Source: Actinomycetota bacterium (lineage in GTDB: Bacteria > Actinomycetota > Actinomycetes > JAKEEW01). Taken from it: a stretch of 64,000 nt of DNA. Shown one piece after another: positions 50,108 through 63,029 of this stretch. Numbering within the stretch: the first letter of the stretch is position 1; every line of letters starts with the position of its first letter. The position numbers were made by a program, and so were the translations under genes. The notes under the pieces were generated by a model. It was not told the origin of the DNA. It did not search any database and was given only the letters and a program-made list of their open reading frames with translations. Location of the stretch: contig JBKPTD010000041.1 of NCBI GenBank assembly GCA_046735375.1, positions 35,395 to 99,394 on the forward strand. The letters are read 5' to 3'.

Positions 50108-51649
50108 ATGATCGTCGGCGTCGTCGGCGCCGGGACGATGGGGTCGGGGATCGCCCAGGTCGCCGCCCGCGCGGGCCACAGAACGCTCGTCTTCGATGCC
50201 GAGCGGGGACGAGCCGCGAAGGCCTGCGCGGATGCAGCTGCAGGCTTCGAACGCCTGCTGGCCAAGGGCAGGCTGTCCGCCCGCGAAGCCGCGGCGGCCG
50301 GCGAACGGCTTGTCGCCGTCGACGCGCTCGATGAGCTTGCCGCCTGCGAACTGGTTGTCGAGGCGATCGTCGAGTCGCTTGATGCCAAGAAGGCTCTGAT
50401 GGCCGATCTCGCCGATCGGACCGCGTCTGATGCGATCCTCGCCACCAACACCTCATCGATCTCCATCGATGCGATTGCGGCGGGCATGCGCTCGCCCGGC
50501 CGAGTGATCGGGATGCATTTCTTCAACCCGGCCCCGGTGATGCGGCTGGTCGAGGTGGTCTACGGCGCCGCGACAGAACGAGCAGTTGTCGATCGCGTCT
50601 GCGAGCTCGCCGAGAGATGGGGGAAGGTGGCCGTCCGGGTCGCCTCCACGCCTGGCTTCGTGGTCAACCGAGTGGCCCGGCCGTTCTACGGCGAGGCGCA
50701 CCGGCTGCTCGAGGAGGGGGCCGGTGATGCTGCCGCCATCGACGCGGTCATGCGGGAGGCCGGAGGCTTCCGCATGGGTCCGCTCGAGCTGACTGATCTC
50801 ATCGGGCAGGACGTCAACCTCGCTGTGTCCCGCTCGGTGTGGGAGGGCACCGGCTTCGATCCGCGGTACACGCCGTCGAGCTTCCAGCGTTCGCTGGTCG
50901 AAGCGGGCCGCCTCGGCAGGAAGAGCGGTCGCGGCGTCTACCGCCATCCAGGGGAATCCGAGGAGCCCGCGACCGAGCCACCGCGCCGGCCACCCGCCAG
51001 CGTGCATGCAGGACCAGGGATTGGTGTTCTCGCCGGTCTGGTCGAGCGGGCTCGACGGGCTGGAGTCCAGGTCGACGATGTCGGTGCGGACGGCACGAAC
51101 CAGCGGCTCGAGCTCGACTTCCCGGCCGCCCGCGCTCGGTTCGGTGCGGGCGAACCAGCGACGGGCCGACGCGCAGACAAGCCCGTCGTCGTGCTGGATT
51201 TGGCGCTGGACTACCTGACGGCCACGCGGCTGGCAGTGGCGCCGCCGCTCGGCTGCCCGCCGGAGGCACTCGCCGACGTTGTGGGCTTCCTGCAAGCGAC
51301 GGGTCTGGCCGTGACTGTGCTAGCGGACTCGCCCGGCCTTGTCGTCACTCGCACCGTCGCACGGCTCACCAACGAGGCAGTCGACCTTGTCGGCCGCGGG
51401 ACCGTGTCTGCTACTGAGGTTGATACGGCGATGCGGCTCGGCGCGAACTATCCGATCGGCCCGCTGGAGTGGGGTGATCGGATCGGAGCGGGTCTCCTCT
51501 GCCAGACTCTGGACAACCTCGAGAGCTATTACCGAGACGGGCGCTACCGCCCTAGCCCGTTCCTGCGCCGCATCGCGTCGGCTGGGCTGTCATTGCGCGA
51601 TGGCGCGGATCGGCAGGTGCCGGAGGTGCGGTGGCATGAGCACAGATAA
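50108..51649 (+). CDS. paaH: 3-hydroxyadipyl-CoA dehydrogenase (PaaH; long form with duplicated C-terminal domain)
   Basis: N-terminal NAD-binding VGVVGAGTMGSGIA. 3-hydroxyacyl-CoA dehydrogenase N and C domains plus an extra C-terminal 3HCDH_C-like domain. Confidence 0.8.
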   Translation: MIVGVVGAGTMGSGIAQVAARAGHRTLVFDAERGRAAKACADAAAGFERLLAKGRLSAREAAAAGERLVAVDALDELAACELVVEAIVESLDAKKALMADLADRTASDAILATNTSSISIDAIAAGMRSPGRVIGMHFFNPAPVMRLVEVVYGAATERAVVDRVCELAERWGKVAVRVASTPGFVVNRVARPFYGEAHRLLEEGAGDAAAIDAVMREAGGFRMGPLELTDLIGQDVNLAVSRSVWEGTGFDPRYTPSSFQRSLVEAGRLGRKSGRGVYRHPGESEEPATEPPRRPPASVHAGPGIGVLAGLVERARRAGVQVDDVGADGTNQRLELDFPAARARFGAGEPATGRRADKPVVVLDLALDYLTATRLAVAPPLGCPPEALADVVGFLQATGLAVTVLADSPGLVVTRTVARLTNEAVDLVGRGTVSATEVDTAMRLGANYPIGPLEWGDRIGAGLLCQTLDNLESYYRDGRYRPSPFLRRIASAGLSLRDGADRQVPEVRWHEHR

Positions 51650-52118
51650 TCGCGATCCTTCAGCGCCTCAGCAGGGGCGAGGGCGCTCGCCCGCGGAGAT
51701 AGCGAAGCTCTCCGCGGCCGCGATGTACGCCGCGGACCGGGCATCGCAGCTTCTCGGGATCGAGATCACGAAGGTTGGGCCTGGCCGGGCGACCGCCCGC
51801 ATGCGAGTGACCGACAGCATGATCAACGGCCATGACATCGCCCACGGTGGATATGTCTTCCTGCTCGCGGATACGGCCTTCGCGTTCGCCGGTAATTCGT
51901 ACGGCAGGGTGAGCCTCGCGGCCGCTGCGGACATCGTTTTCGTGGCGCCGGCACGGATTGGCGACGATCTCGTGGCCGAAGCGGTCGAGCGGGTGCGGTT
52001 CGGCCGATCAGGCGTCTATGACGTCACCGTTCGGCGGTCGACCGGCGATGTCGTGGCTGAATTCCGAGGTCAGAGTCGCACGGTGGCGGCCTCTCTCATC
52101 GAGCCCGAGCCGAGCTAG
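51636..52118 (+). CDS. paaI: phenylacetic acid degradation thioesterase PaaI (hotdog fold)
   Basis: MINGHDIAHGGYVFLLADTAFAFA matches PaaI. Start MSTDNRD overlaps the paaH end. Confidence 0.8.
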   Translation: MSTDNRDPSAPQQGRGRSPAEIAKLSAAAMYAADRASQLLGIEITKVGPGRATARMRVTDSMINGHDIAHGGYVFLLADTAFAFAGNSYGRVSLAAAADIVFVAPARIGDDLVAEAVERVRFGRSGVYDVTVRRSTGDVVAEFRGQSRTVAASLIEPEPS

Positions 52119-52135
52119 GCCGAGCGGCCGCGCAG

Positions 52136-52408
52136 TTGTCACTTCGCGTCGCCTTCCCAGGCGGACAACCGCATCTCGTGCCAGTGGGCGAGGACGTACG
52201 CCAGGCCCTCGGCGCGATCCTGGTCGCGGTGGAGGAATCGGCTGCCGAAGGCACCTGGCCGCGCCTGAAGCTGTGTCGGGCGAGCAGCTGCCAAGTTGCT
52301 TTCCACGACACATCCAAGAACCAGTCGCGGCAGTGGTGCAGCATGCAAGTGTGCGGCAACCGCCAGAAGACCAGGGCCTATCGCCAGCGCCAGCACGCGT
52401 CGGCATGA
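52136..52408 (+). CDS. CGNR zinc-finger domain protein, apparently N-terminally truncated (lacks the ABATE domain)
   Basis: C-terminal CSMQVCGNRQKTRAYRQR is the CGNR zinc-finger signature. Only 90 aa, starting 17 nt after the paaI stop. Confidence 0.45.
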   Translation: MSLRVAFPGGQPHLVPVGEDVRQALGAILVAVEESAAEGTWPRLKLCRASSCQVAFHDTSKNQSRQWCSMQVCGNRQKTRAYRQRQHASA

Positions 52409-52926
52409 CGATCAGGCGGCAGAGGCTCGCTGACGTGGCGGCAGTCAGCCAGGTCAGGGCGCGAACCTGGCGGGCTGCCTACGACGGCATCGTTCCCGCG
52501 GCGTTCCTCGACTCCTTTGAGCCCACCCCTGAGTCGATCGCCAGGGACGAGGAACGCTTTCTAGGGCGCGGGGGCCAGGTGTACAGCTTTGTCGCACTGC
52601 TCGACGAGATCCTCGTCGGCTTCGTCGTGGGCGGCCCCGATCGCGACCTCGGACCGCCGGCTGGCGAGGTCTGGGCCATCTATGTCGACCCGGCGTACTG
52701 GGGTCGTGGCATCGGAGACCAGTTGCTCGGCAAAGCCCTCGACGCTTTGCGAGATGCGAACCGCGATCCGATCGCGCTGTGGGTGCTCGAAGAGAACCGT
52801 CCGGCGCGGCGTTTTTATGAGCATGCGGGCTTCGTGCCCACCGGAGAGCGGCGGCACATTGATCTCGGCACGCCCCTTCCCGAGATCAAGTACCTCCTCC
52901 ATGACCGGCCGCAGCAGACCGGCTAA
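52405..52926 (+). CDS. GNAT-family N-acetyltransferase
   Basis: Acetyl-CoA binding motif (RGIGDQLLGKALDAL) and the ...FYEHAGFVPTGER tail. Confidence 0.75.
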   Translation: MTIRRQRLADVAAVSQVRARTWRAAYDGIVPAAFLDSFEPTPESIARDEERFLGRGGQVYSFVALLDEILVGFVVGGPDRDLGPPAGEVWAIYVDPAYWGRGIGDQLLGKALDALRDANRDPIALWVLEENRPARRFYEHAGFVPTGERRHIDLGTPLPEIKYLLHDRPQQTG

Positions 52927-52938
52927 ACGGCCGGTCAG

Positions 52939-53649
52939 GTGACCGCGTACCCTGCCGCAGTGAGCGCGAGGAGCAGAGAAGACAGTCATGGCGGCTTCGG
53001 CGGCTTCCCGGACGAGGCATTCGTCTTCTACGAGGGGCTCGAGGCCGACAACTCCAAGACCTACTGGACAGCGCACAAGGCCGCCTACGAGGAACACATC
53101 CGGGCCCCGATGGTCGCCTTGCTGGGGGAGCTCTCCCCAGATTTCGGGGCGGCATCGATGTTCAGGCCCTATCGGGACGTGCGTTTCTCCAAAGACAAGT
53201 CCCCGTACAAAACCCACCAGGGCGCCTTCGTCGACACGGTTCCAGGTGTCGGTTACTACGTCCGGGTCTCCGCGGATGGGCTGCTTGCCGCGGCCGGCTT
53301 CCACAGCCATGGTGCAGATCAGATCGAGCGCTATCGCAAAGCGGTGGACAACGATGCGACCGGCAAGCAGCTCGAGAGCGTGGTGGCGACGCTCAGGGAG
53401 GGTGGCTTCGACCTTGATGGCGACGCGCTGAAGACCCGGCCTAAGGGTTATCCGGCCGACCACCCGCGCATCGAGCTGCTGCGCTATCGATCGCTGTGGG
53501 CCGAGCGGTCATGGCCACCCCAGCCGTGGATCCATACCGCCTCAGCGGCGGGACGAGTCAGGGATGCGTGGACCGCTGCCCAACCGCTGGTCGCGTGGAT
53601 CACCGAACATGTAGGTCAAACTCACGAGCCCAGCCGTCGGCGACCGTGA
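52939..53649 (+). CDS. DUF2461 (TIGR02453) family protein
   Basis: FxGFPDEAFxFYEGLEADNSKTYW...FRPYRDVRFSKDKSPYKTH matches the conserved family. Confidence 0.7.
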   Translation: MTAYPAAVSARSREDSHGGFGGFPDEAFVFYEGLEADNSKTYWTAHKAAYEEHIRAPMVALLGELSPDFGAASMFRPYRDVRFSKDKSPYKTHQGAFVDTVPGVGYYVRVSADGLLAAAGFHSHGADQIERYRKAVDNDATGKQLESVVATLREGGFDLDGDALKTRPKGYPADHPRIELLRYRSLWAERSWPPQPWIHTASAAGRVRDAWTAAQPLVAWITEHVGQTHEPSRRRP

Positions 53650-53672
53650 ACGGTGGGGTGGCTGCTCGTAGC

Positions 53673-55010
53673 TCAGCCACCGTTCGCCCCGACGCTGCTG
53701 CTCCGCCACTGACGGCGAACGGCAGTGAGGAGATCCGCGAACTCGACTGTCCTGCGCTCCCCGGGGAAGCTGGTCGTCAGCACAGCTTCAAGCTCAGCAG
53801 CCCGAGAGAGCAGGGTGGGAATGGACACCCGGCTTGCCTGCAGCGCGGCGAGACCGAAGTAGACGGCTTGCTCGAGGTCACGGCGCCGAGCAGCGAGGAT
53901 GCCCAGAGTGCAGCGGGTCTCGGCGATGCGCATGGGATGCCGGGTCGTCCCGTCCGGCTTCAACTGGTGGACAAGCACCTGCCACGCGCAGTCTTCGGCC
54001 GCGGCGTCGTCACCGAGCCACAGGTATGCCGTCGCCGCATGGGCGGTCATCTTCGTCTCATCCATGGCGAAGTGGTGCAGTTCGTCGAAGGGCCATGGAA
54101 GCCGGTCGACGATCGCCCTCGCCCGGTCGAGCGCCTGCTCGGCCAGCCGACGGTCACGCAGCCGGGCGGCGGCCTTAGCCTCGTGCAGTGCCAGTCGTGC
54201 CGCGACCGGCGAGTCGCCGGTCGCCACCTCGCCGGCTTGAGCACTGGCGAGTGCATCGCTAAACCGGCCCTCGGACAGTGCGAACCACGTCGCCATCTCG
54301 AGCGCCCAAGCGGCGAGTTCGGCGTGCCCGGCCTGGCCGGCGAGATCTCTGACGGCCAGCCGGTTGGTCTCTGCCCGGCGCCGTTGGCCAACGTCGAACA
54401 GGGCGCAACCGACGATCGCCGAGAGCCAGCCGCAGACGACCAGCAAGCGTCGTCTGTCGGCGGGCCGCATGCCGTCCTGGAGCAGCCTCCCAACAAGCGA
54501 CATGCGCTTGTGTGCGAGCGCGATGATCTGCCGAACGGACTCGTTGCCATAGTCACGGCATAAGTCGTCGGCGGCCGACTCCAAGCCCTCCAAAGTGGCG
54601 GGACTCAGGTCGAGCACCGGACCGAACACTGGCCCTTCGGCGCCGGGCGCAGAGCGACGGGGAACGGTGGGCGGCGGCGGCGGCTTGTAGACCGGTGGCC
54701 AAGGGTCGGAGTCCGAGGAGGCGGCCATCGCCTGGGTGACGTCGTCAGGCGGCCGGAAGCCGAGGTCCTCGGCGGAGACTCCGAGCAGCGCGGAAAGGAC
54801 TCGCCGGTAGGCACTGCGCGGCCACCTCACCTCGCCTCGCTCCCACCGCGCCACCCTGCGCTCGTCGCAGGCGAGATTCTCGCCCATCGTCTCCGCCATG
54901 CGGCGCAACGCACGGGCGAACTCACGGCGGGATTCGCTGCGCGCCTCACGGAAAGCGCGGAGGCGGAGATTGGGGGCAGTCGTGCGCTCAGCTGCCTCTG
55001 ATGGCGCCAT
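53673..55010 (-). CDS. XRE-family HTH regulator with C-terminal TPR-like helical domain
   Basis: N-terminal HTH (LRAFREARSESRREFARALRRMAETMGE) plus a long helical-repeat C-domain. Start chosen at MAPSEAAERT. Confidence 0.65.
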   Translation of the reverse strand: MAPSEAAERTTAPNLRLRAFREARSESRREFARALRRMAETMGENLACDERRVARWERGEVRWPRSAYRRVLSALLGVSAEDLGFRPPDDVTQAMAASSDSDPWPPVYKPPPPPTVPRRSAPGAEGPVFGPVLDLSPATLEGLESAADDLCRDYGNESVRQIIALAHKRMSLVGRLLQDGMRPADRRRLLVVCGWLSAIVGCALFDVGQRRRAETNRLAVRDLAGQAGHAELAAWALEMATWFALSEGRFSDALASAQAGEVATGDSPVAARLALHEAKAAARLRDRRLAEQALDRARAIVDRLPWPFDELHHFAMDETKMTAHAATAYLWLGDDAAAEDCAWQVLVHQLKPDGTTRHPMRIAETRCTLGILAARRRDLEQAVYFGLAALQASRVSIPTLLSRAAELEAVLTTSFPGERRTVEFADLLTAVRRQWRSSSVGANGG

Positions 55011-55171
55011 GGGGCCTTCCCCCCGATGCAGTCGGGACTGGTCATGCCGGACCGTAAAGCCGTATGACCGCCCCTCGGCCTGCAAGGCACTCAAAGGCTA
55101 GGAAAGGCCCCCGACAAGACCCGGGAAGGCCATGGGAAGGACCTGTTGATAACCAGGTTGTGGATCGAAGC

Positions 55172-57358
<2,187 letters not shown>

Positions 57359-57362
<4 letters not shown>

Positions 57363-59545
57363 GCCTTTTCCGCCTCGTCCTCGAGCACTGGCACAAGCGA
57401 CAGCTTGCCGCGCGAGTCGATCTCGGCGATTTCCACCTGAACCTTCTGCCCGACTTTGAGCACGTCCTCGACGTTCTCGACCCGCTTGCCGCCTGCGATC
57501 TTCCTGATCTGGGAGATGTGCAGCAGGCCGTCCTTGCCGGGCAGCAGGGACACGAAGGCACCGAAGGTGGTGGTCTTGACGACCGTACCGAGGTATCGCT
57601 CGCCGACCTGCGGCATCTGCGGGTTGGCGATGGCATTGATCTGGCTGCGGGCCGCCTCGGCGGACGGGCCGTCAGTCGCCCCGATGTAGATCGTGCCGTC
57701 ATCTTCGATGGTGATCTCGGCGCCCGTCTCGTCTTGGATCTGATTGATGACCTTGCCCTTGGGGCCGATCACCTCGCCGATCTTGTCAACCGGGACTCTG
57801 ATCGTGATGATCCGTGGCGCGTTCGGGCTCATGTCGTCCGGACGATCGATGGCCTCAGCCATCACCTCGAGGATGTGCAGCCGCGCCTCGCGTGCCTGCT
57901 TGAGCGCGGCGGCGAGGACTGAAGCCGGGATGCCGTCGAGCTTGGTGTCGAGCTGAAGAGCGGTGACGTAGTCCCGGGTGCCCGCGACCTTGAAGTCCAT
58001 GTCACCGAAGGCATCCTCTGCACCGAGGATGTCAGTCAGCGTCGCGTACTCCCCGTTCTCGTGGATCAGACCCATGGCGATGCCCGCTACGGGAGCCTTG
58101 AGAGGCACGCCGGCGTTGAGCAGCGCCATCGTGCTCGCGCAGACCGAGCCCATCGAGGTGGACCCGTTGGATCCGAGGGCCTCGGAGACCTGGCGGATGG
58201 CGTACGGGAACTCCTCGCGGCTGGGCAGCACGGGAAGGACCGCGCGCTCGGCAAGTGCGCCGTGACCGATCTCACGGCGCTTTGGCGCGCCCACCCGGCC
58301 GGTCTCGCCGACGCTGTAGGGCGGCATGTTGTAGTTGTGCATGTAGCGCTTTGTTCGCTCGGGCGCCAGCGTGTCGAGCGTCTGCTCCAGCCTGAGCATG
58401 TTCAGTGTCGTGACACCGAGGATCTGGGTCTCACCGCGCTCGAACAGCGCCGAGCCGTGGACCCGAGGGACGACACCCACCTCGGCCGATAGGCGACGGA
58501 TGTCGGTGACGCCGCGGCCGTCGATGCGAACCTTGTCGCGGACCACCCGCTCGCGCACGAGCTTCTTGGTCAGAGCGCGGAAGGCACCCCCGATCTCCTT
58601 CTCCCGGCCCTCGAACTGGGAGCCGACCTTCTCGACGGCGAGAGTCTTGATCCGGTCGAGCTCGGCCTCACGCTCCTGCTTAGCCGCGATCGTGAGGGCC
58701 TGCGCAAGCTCGTCGCGGACGGCGGCCGAGACTGCCTCGAGCACGTCGTCCTGGTAATCGAGAAAGACTGGGAACTCGGCGACCGGCTTCGCCGCGCGCG
58801 CGGCGAGGTCGGACTGGGCCGCACAGAGCGCCCTGATGAACGGCTTCGCGGCCTCGAGCCCCTCGGCGACGACTTCCTCGGTCGGTGCCGTCGAACCGGC
58901 TGCCACCAGCGACACGGTCGCCGTTGTCGCCTCGGCCTCGACCATCATGATCGCGACGTCACCGTCATCGAGCGCGCGACCGGCGACGACCATGTCGAAC
59001 GTCGCCCGCTCGAGCTCGGCGTGGGTGGGGAACGCGACCCACTGGCGGTCGATCAGAGCGACCCTGACACCGCCGATCGGACCGGCGAAGGGCACGCCGG
59101 CGATCTGGGTGGACATCGAGGCGGCGTTGATCGCCACAACGTCGTACAGGTGCTCGGGAGCGAGCGAGAGGACGGTCTCGACGATTTGGATCTCGTTACG
59201 CAGACCCTTGGCGAACGACGGGCGCAACGGCCTGTCGATCAGGCGGCAGGTCAAGATCGCATCCTCACTGGGTCGGCCCTCTCGGCGGAAGAAGGAGCCG
59301 GGGATGCGGCCGGCAGCGTACATCCGCTCCTCGACGTCCACGGTGAGCGGGAAGAAGTCGAACTGCTCCTTCGGCTGACGCGACACGGACGTGGCGGAGA
59401 GAATCATGGTTTCGTCGTCGAGGTAAGCGACGGCAGAGCCTGCCGCCTGGCGGGCGAGACGCCCGGTCTCGAAGCGAACCTTGCGGGTGCCGAAGGAGCC
59501 GTTGTCAATAACGGCCTCGGCGGATTGGATCTCGGGACCCTCCAC
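57359..59545 (-). CDS. pnp: polyribonucleotide nucleotidyltransferase (PNPase)
   Basis: Two RNase PH domains plus KH and S1 domains. 728 aa. Confidence 0.95.
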
Positions 59546-59825
59546 GGGTCACCCTCCTCTGATACAGCGCGGAGGGGTCGGCGGTGGGGCGCGTGCTCCG
59601 GCGTCAGCGGCCGGTCTTCGATCGAAGCGCCCGGGGGAAATCGTCGACGAGATCCACCCGGGAGCCACTACCGAGGACCGGTCATTGCGGTGCACCGTCC
59701 CTGTGGCGCCGACCCGCTTCGCATGGTCGGAACTTGTCGGTATGAAGTTGTCTTGCCATTGTCACCCGCCGCCGCGCGACCGGACCGGATGCGGCCCCGC
59801 CGTCCGGCGGCCATTCGCGGAGCGG

Positions 59826-60095
59826 TCAGCGACGCAGGCCGAGCTTTTCGATCAGCTGGCGGTAGCGGGTGATGTCCTTCTTCGCGAGATACTGCAGCAG
59901 CCGGCGACGCCGTCCAACGAGCAGGAGCAGACCACGACGGCTGTGATGGTCGTGCTTGTGCTCCTTCAAGTGCTCGGTGAGGTCGTTGATCCGGCGAGTG
60001 AGCAGCGCCACCTGCGTCTCCGGGGAACCCGTGTCGCCCTCAGCGGTGGCGTGGTCGGCGAGGATCTGCTTCTTCGTCGCGCTGTCGAGCGCCAT
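59826..60095 (-). CDS. rpsO: 30S ribosomal protein S15
   Basis: 89 aa, ...[29 protein letters not shown]... Confidence 0.95.
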   Translation of the reverse strand: MALDSATKKQILADHATAEGDTGSPETQVALLTRRINDLTEHLKEHKHDHHSRRGLLLLVGRRRRLLQYLAKKDITRYRQLIEKLGLRR

Positions 60096-60234
60096 GATGG
60101 TGTTCCCTCTCGGTGTTCAGGTGAGGTGCGCGGTCGTCGTCACGCGGGCACAACGAACTCACTGCCGGGGACCGGCTCGCGCAACCGTACCATCTGATCA
60201 CGCGCTGTCCCCAATTGGTGATCAGCTCGACGCC

Positions 60235-61209
60235 TCACGTGCCGGTGCCCGCTGACTCGACGAGCGCGCGTGCCCGCCGGACATCGACGTGCATCTGCTC
60301 TACCAAGGCGTCCACGGAATCGAACTTCAGCGTCTCCCGCAGGCGCTCGGCAAAGTCCACCGCGACGTGCTCCCCATAGAGCTCCAGGTCGGTGCGGTCG
60401 AGCGCGTATGCCTCCACCCTGCGTTCGGTCCCGTCGAAGGTGGGGTTGGTGCCGATGGAAATCGCGGCCGGCAGCCGTGCAGGCTCACCGGCTGCCGCGC
60501 CTGGAACCCCGGCGGCGGCCGAGAGCCAGCCCCCGTAGATCCCGTCAGCGGGCACCGCCGTATAAGGCGCCAGTGCGAGGTTCGCGGTCGGGAACCCTAG
60601 CTCGCGGCCTCGCTTGTCCCCCACGACGACGACGCCCTCGACGCGGTGTGGGCGGCCGAGCGCCCTGCCCGCACCGCTGACATCACCGCTTTGGATCAGA
60701 TCCCTGATGTACGTCGATGAGACCGGCCCGATGTCCTGCGTCACGAGGTCCAGACCCTCGACCGAGAAGCCATGCTCGCCACCCAGTCGCTCGAGCAGCG
60801 TGACGTCACCCGCGGCGCGGTGGCCGTACCTGAAGTTCTTTCCCACCACGACGGCCGCGGCCCGAAGCCCCCGGACCAGGAAATCAAGGACGAACTGCTC
60901 CGGCGTCTGTCTGGACAGCTCCTCGGTGAACTGCTGGACGAGCACAGCGTCGGCACCCACCTCGCCGAGCAACTCCACTCGCCGATCGATCGCGGTCAGG
61001 ATCAGCGGATGGGACCCGGGCCGGACGACCTCCACAGGATTGGGGTCGAAGGTGATGGCGACGACCGGGAAGCCGAGATCGACTCCGTGCTGTACCGCTC
61101 GGCCGATGATGTGCTGGTGGCCTCGATGAACCCCGTCGAACACGCCCACGGTCACGACCGAAGGCCCCCACTCCTCGGGGATCTGCTCGAGCCCCTCCCA
61201 GCGCAGCAC
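60235..61209 (-). CDS. ribF: bifunctional riboflavin kinase / FMN adenylyltransferase
   Basis: VGVFDGVHRGHQ nucleotidyltransferase motif and a C-terminal riboflavin-kinase domain (PTANL, GxY). Start set at the GTG for VLRWEGLEQIPEEW. The track ORF carries an 83-aa artefactual extension. Confidence 0.85.
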   Translation of the reverse strand: MLRWEGLEQIPEEWGPSVVTVGVFDGVHRGHQHIIGRAVQHGVDLGFPVVAITFDPNPVEVVRPGSHPLILTAIDRRVELLGEVGADAVLVQQFTEELSRQTPEQFVLDFLVRGLRAAAVVVGKNFRYGHRAAGDVTLLERLGGEHGFSVEGLDLVTQDIGPVSSTYIRDLIQSGDVSGAGRALGRPHRVEGVVVVGDKRGRELGFPTANLALAPYTAVPADGIYGGWLSAAAGVPGAAAGEPARLPAAISIGTNPTFDGTERRVEAYALDRTDLELYGEHVAVDFAERLRETLKFDSVDALVEQMHVDVRRARALVESAGTGT

Positions 61210-61249
61210 GCATCCTCCTCGCTCGCCCAGCCGCAACGATCGCCGAGCG

Positions 61250-62152
61250 CTAGTGTGCCGAATCCAAAGGCGGCGCGAACACCGCGATCGGTTTGGCAAC
61301 ATCGCCGTCGTCCTCGAGCAGTGCGAGGAAGCTGCCGTCGGGGCCGAAGGCCGCGTATAGCTGATCGATGCCGGCAGCCGGCAGCCGAGCCCCGTGCGTG
61401 AGCCGGACGGCGTCAGCCGTATCCACGTCGCGGCGGGGAAAGTCGCTGGCCGCCGCATCCTCGAGTGGGATCAATGCGAACTGCGTGGCGAGCTCGTCCA
61501 GGGTGTGTGCATCGTCCACGGTGTAATGGCCGGCCCTGGTCCGGCGAAGCCTGGTGAGGTGACCGCCGACGGCGAGGTGCGCGCCGAGATCGCGGGCGAG
61601 CGACCGGATGTAGGTCCCCGCAGAGCAGACCACGGAGACGTCGAGGTCGATCACGTCGCCGACTCGGCGAGTCGATTGAAGGTCGAATCGATGAACGGTG
61701 ACCGGCCGGGAGGCTAGCGTGACCGACTCGCCGGCTCGGACCCGCGCGTAAGACCGCCGCCCAGCCACCTTGACGGCCGACACCACGGACGGCACCTGCT
61801 CGATGTCGCCCGTGAGCATGTGGATGCCGGCCTTGATGTCCTCATCCGTCACGGCGTGGGTCGAGGAGGAGGCGGTCACCTCACCCTCGGCATCGTCGGT
61901 GATGGTCGACACCCCGAGCCTGATCGTCGCGTCGTACGCCTTCGTCGTCAGCGCCAGATGACCCAGAAGGCGCGTCGCCCGGTCGACGCCGATGACGAGC
62001 ACGCCCGTGGCCATGGGATCCAGCGTCCCGGCGTGACCGACCCGCCGAGTTCCTGCGAGACGGCGGATGCGACCCACGACGTCATGCGAGGTGACGCCGG
62101 CCGGCTTGTCCACCACGACGATGCCGGATCCGATCGGTGAAGGGGTTCTCAC
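61250..62152 (-). CDS. truB: tRNA pseudouridine(55) synthase
   Basis: VVVDKPAGVTSHDVV...HAGTLDPMATGVL catalytic Asp motif. Confidence 0.9.
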   Translation of the reverse strand: MRTPSPIGSGIVVVDKPAGVTSHDVVGRIRRLAGTRRVGHAGTLDPMATGVLVIGVDRATRLLGHLALTTKAYDATIRLGVSTITDDAEGEVTASSSTHAVTDEDIKAGIHMLTGDIEQVPSVVSAVKVAGRRSYARVRAGESVTLASRPVTVHRFDLQSTRRVGDVIDLDVSVVCSAGTYIRSLARDLGAHLAVGGHLTRLRRTRAGHYTVDDAHTLDELATQFALIPLEDAAASDFPRRDVDTADAVRLTHGARLPAAGIDQLYAAFGPDGSFLALLEDDGDVAKPIAVFAPPLDSAH

Positions 62153-62637
62153 TGCGCGGCTCGGTCATGGCCGGGATCGTCGTCGCCAGTGTCGGCCCGA
62201 TCTGCCTTGTACGGGTCGGCGCCAGCTGCGTACTCCGCGTCCGCGGCAGCGAGCCGTACCTCCGCGTCCGCTGCGGCAGCCAGGCGGAGCAGCTCCTCGA
62301 TGTGCTTGGCGTTCTCCGGGACGGCATCGGCGACGAATGCGAGCGAGGGGGTGAACCGCACCCCCGTCTGGCGGCCGACCTCGGTGCGCAAGACCCCCTT
62401 TGCGCTGTCCAGCGCCGCCGCCGTCTCGGAGCGTTCCGCCTCGGTGCCCATCACGGTGTAGAAGACGGTTGCCTCCCTCAGGTCGTTCGTTATCCGGGCG
62501 TCGGTGATCGTCACGAACGCGAGCCGCGGATCTTTGATCCGCTTCTCGATCATCTCGGCGACGACGACTCGGATCCTGTCGGCCAGCTTGCGTGCGCGAA
62601 CCTGGTGGGGCGTCGATCCCCCGCTCGGCGGCGTCAC
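62149..62637 (-). CDS. rbfA: ribosome-binding factor A
   Basis: RARKLADRIRVVVAEMIEKRIKDPRL..VTITDARITNDLREATVFYTV is an RbfA KH-like core. Acidic C-terminal tail. Confidence 0.85.
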   Translation of the reverse strand: MTPPSGGSTPHQVRARKLADRIRVVVAEMIEKRIKDPRLAFVTITDARITNDLREATVFYTVMGTEAERSETAAALDSAKGVLRTEVGRQTGVRFTPSLAFVADAVPENAKHIEELLRLAAAADAEVRLAAADAEYAAGADPYKADRADTGDDDPGHDRAAQ

Positions 62638-62966
62638 TCGTCCTCCTCGTTGCTCAGCCGCTGCCGCGCGGACAGCAGCTCTACCTCCGGCCGGCCGGCG
62701 ACCAGCCGCTCACACGCGTCGAGTACCTCCTTGCAGTGCGCCACATCTCCGGAAACGACGGCGACCCCAATGACGGCCCGGCGGTAGAGCTCCTGATGGC
62801 CCACCTCGGCCGCGGCGACAGCGAATCTGCGCTGAAGCTCGGCGACAACCGGGCGTACGACCGAGCGCTTCTCCTTCAGCGACCGTACGTCACCAAGGAG
62901 GATGTCCAGCGAGAGGCTCCCGACGTACATCTGGCCCGATACCTCCCCGGCCGCCGGCGCAGACAT
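62634..62966 (-). CDS. DUF503 (YlxP-like) protein between infB and rbfA
   Basis: 110 aa, conserved position and composition. Confidence 0.75.
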   Translation of the reverse strand: MSAPAAGEVSGQMYVGSLSLDILLGDVRSLKEKRSVVRPVVAELQRRFAVAAAEVGHQELYRRAVIGVAVVSGDVAHCKEVLDACERLVAGRPEVELLSARQRLSNEEDE

Positions 62967-63029
62967 TGAGGGGCACCCTGACTCGAACTTAGCCGGTGAA
63001 GGTGCCCCTCGGGCTGGCAGCGGGAGATC

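Noticed and set aside
59021-59872. 283-aa plus-strand ORF
   Set aside because: Antisense to the pnp 5' end and the rpsO-pnp leader. Gly/Arg-rich artefact.
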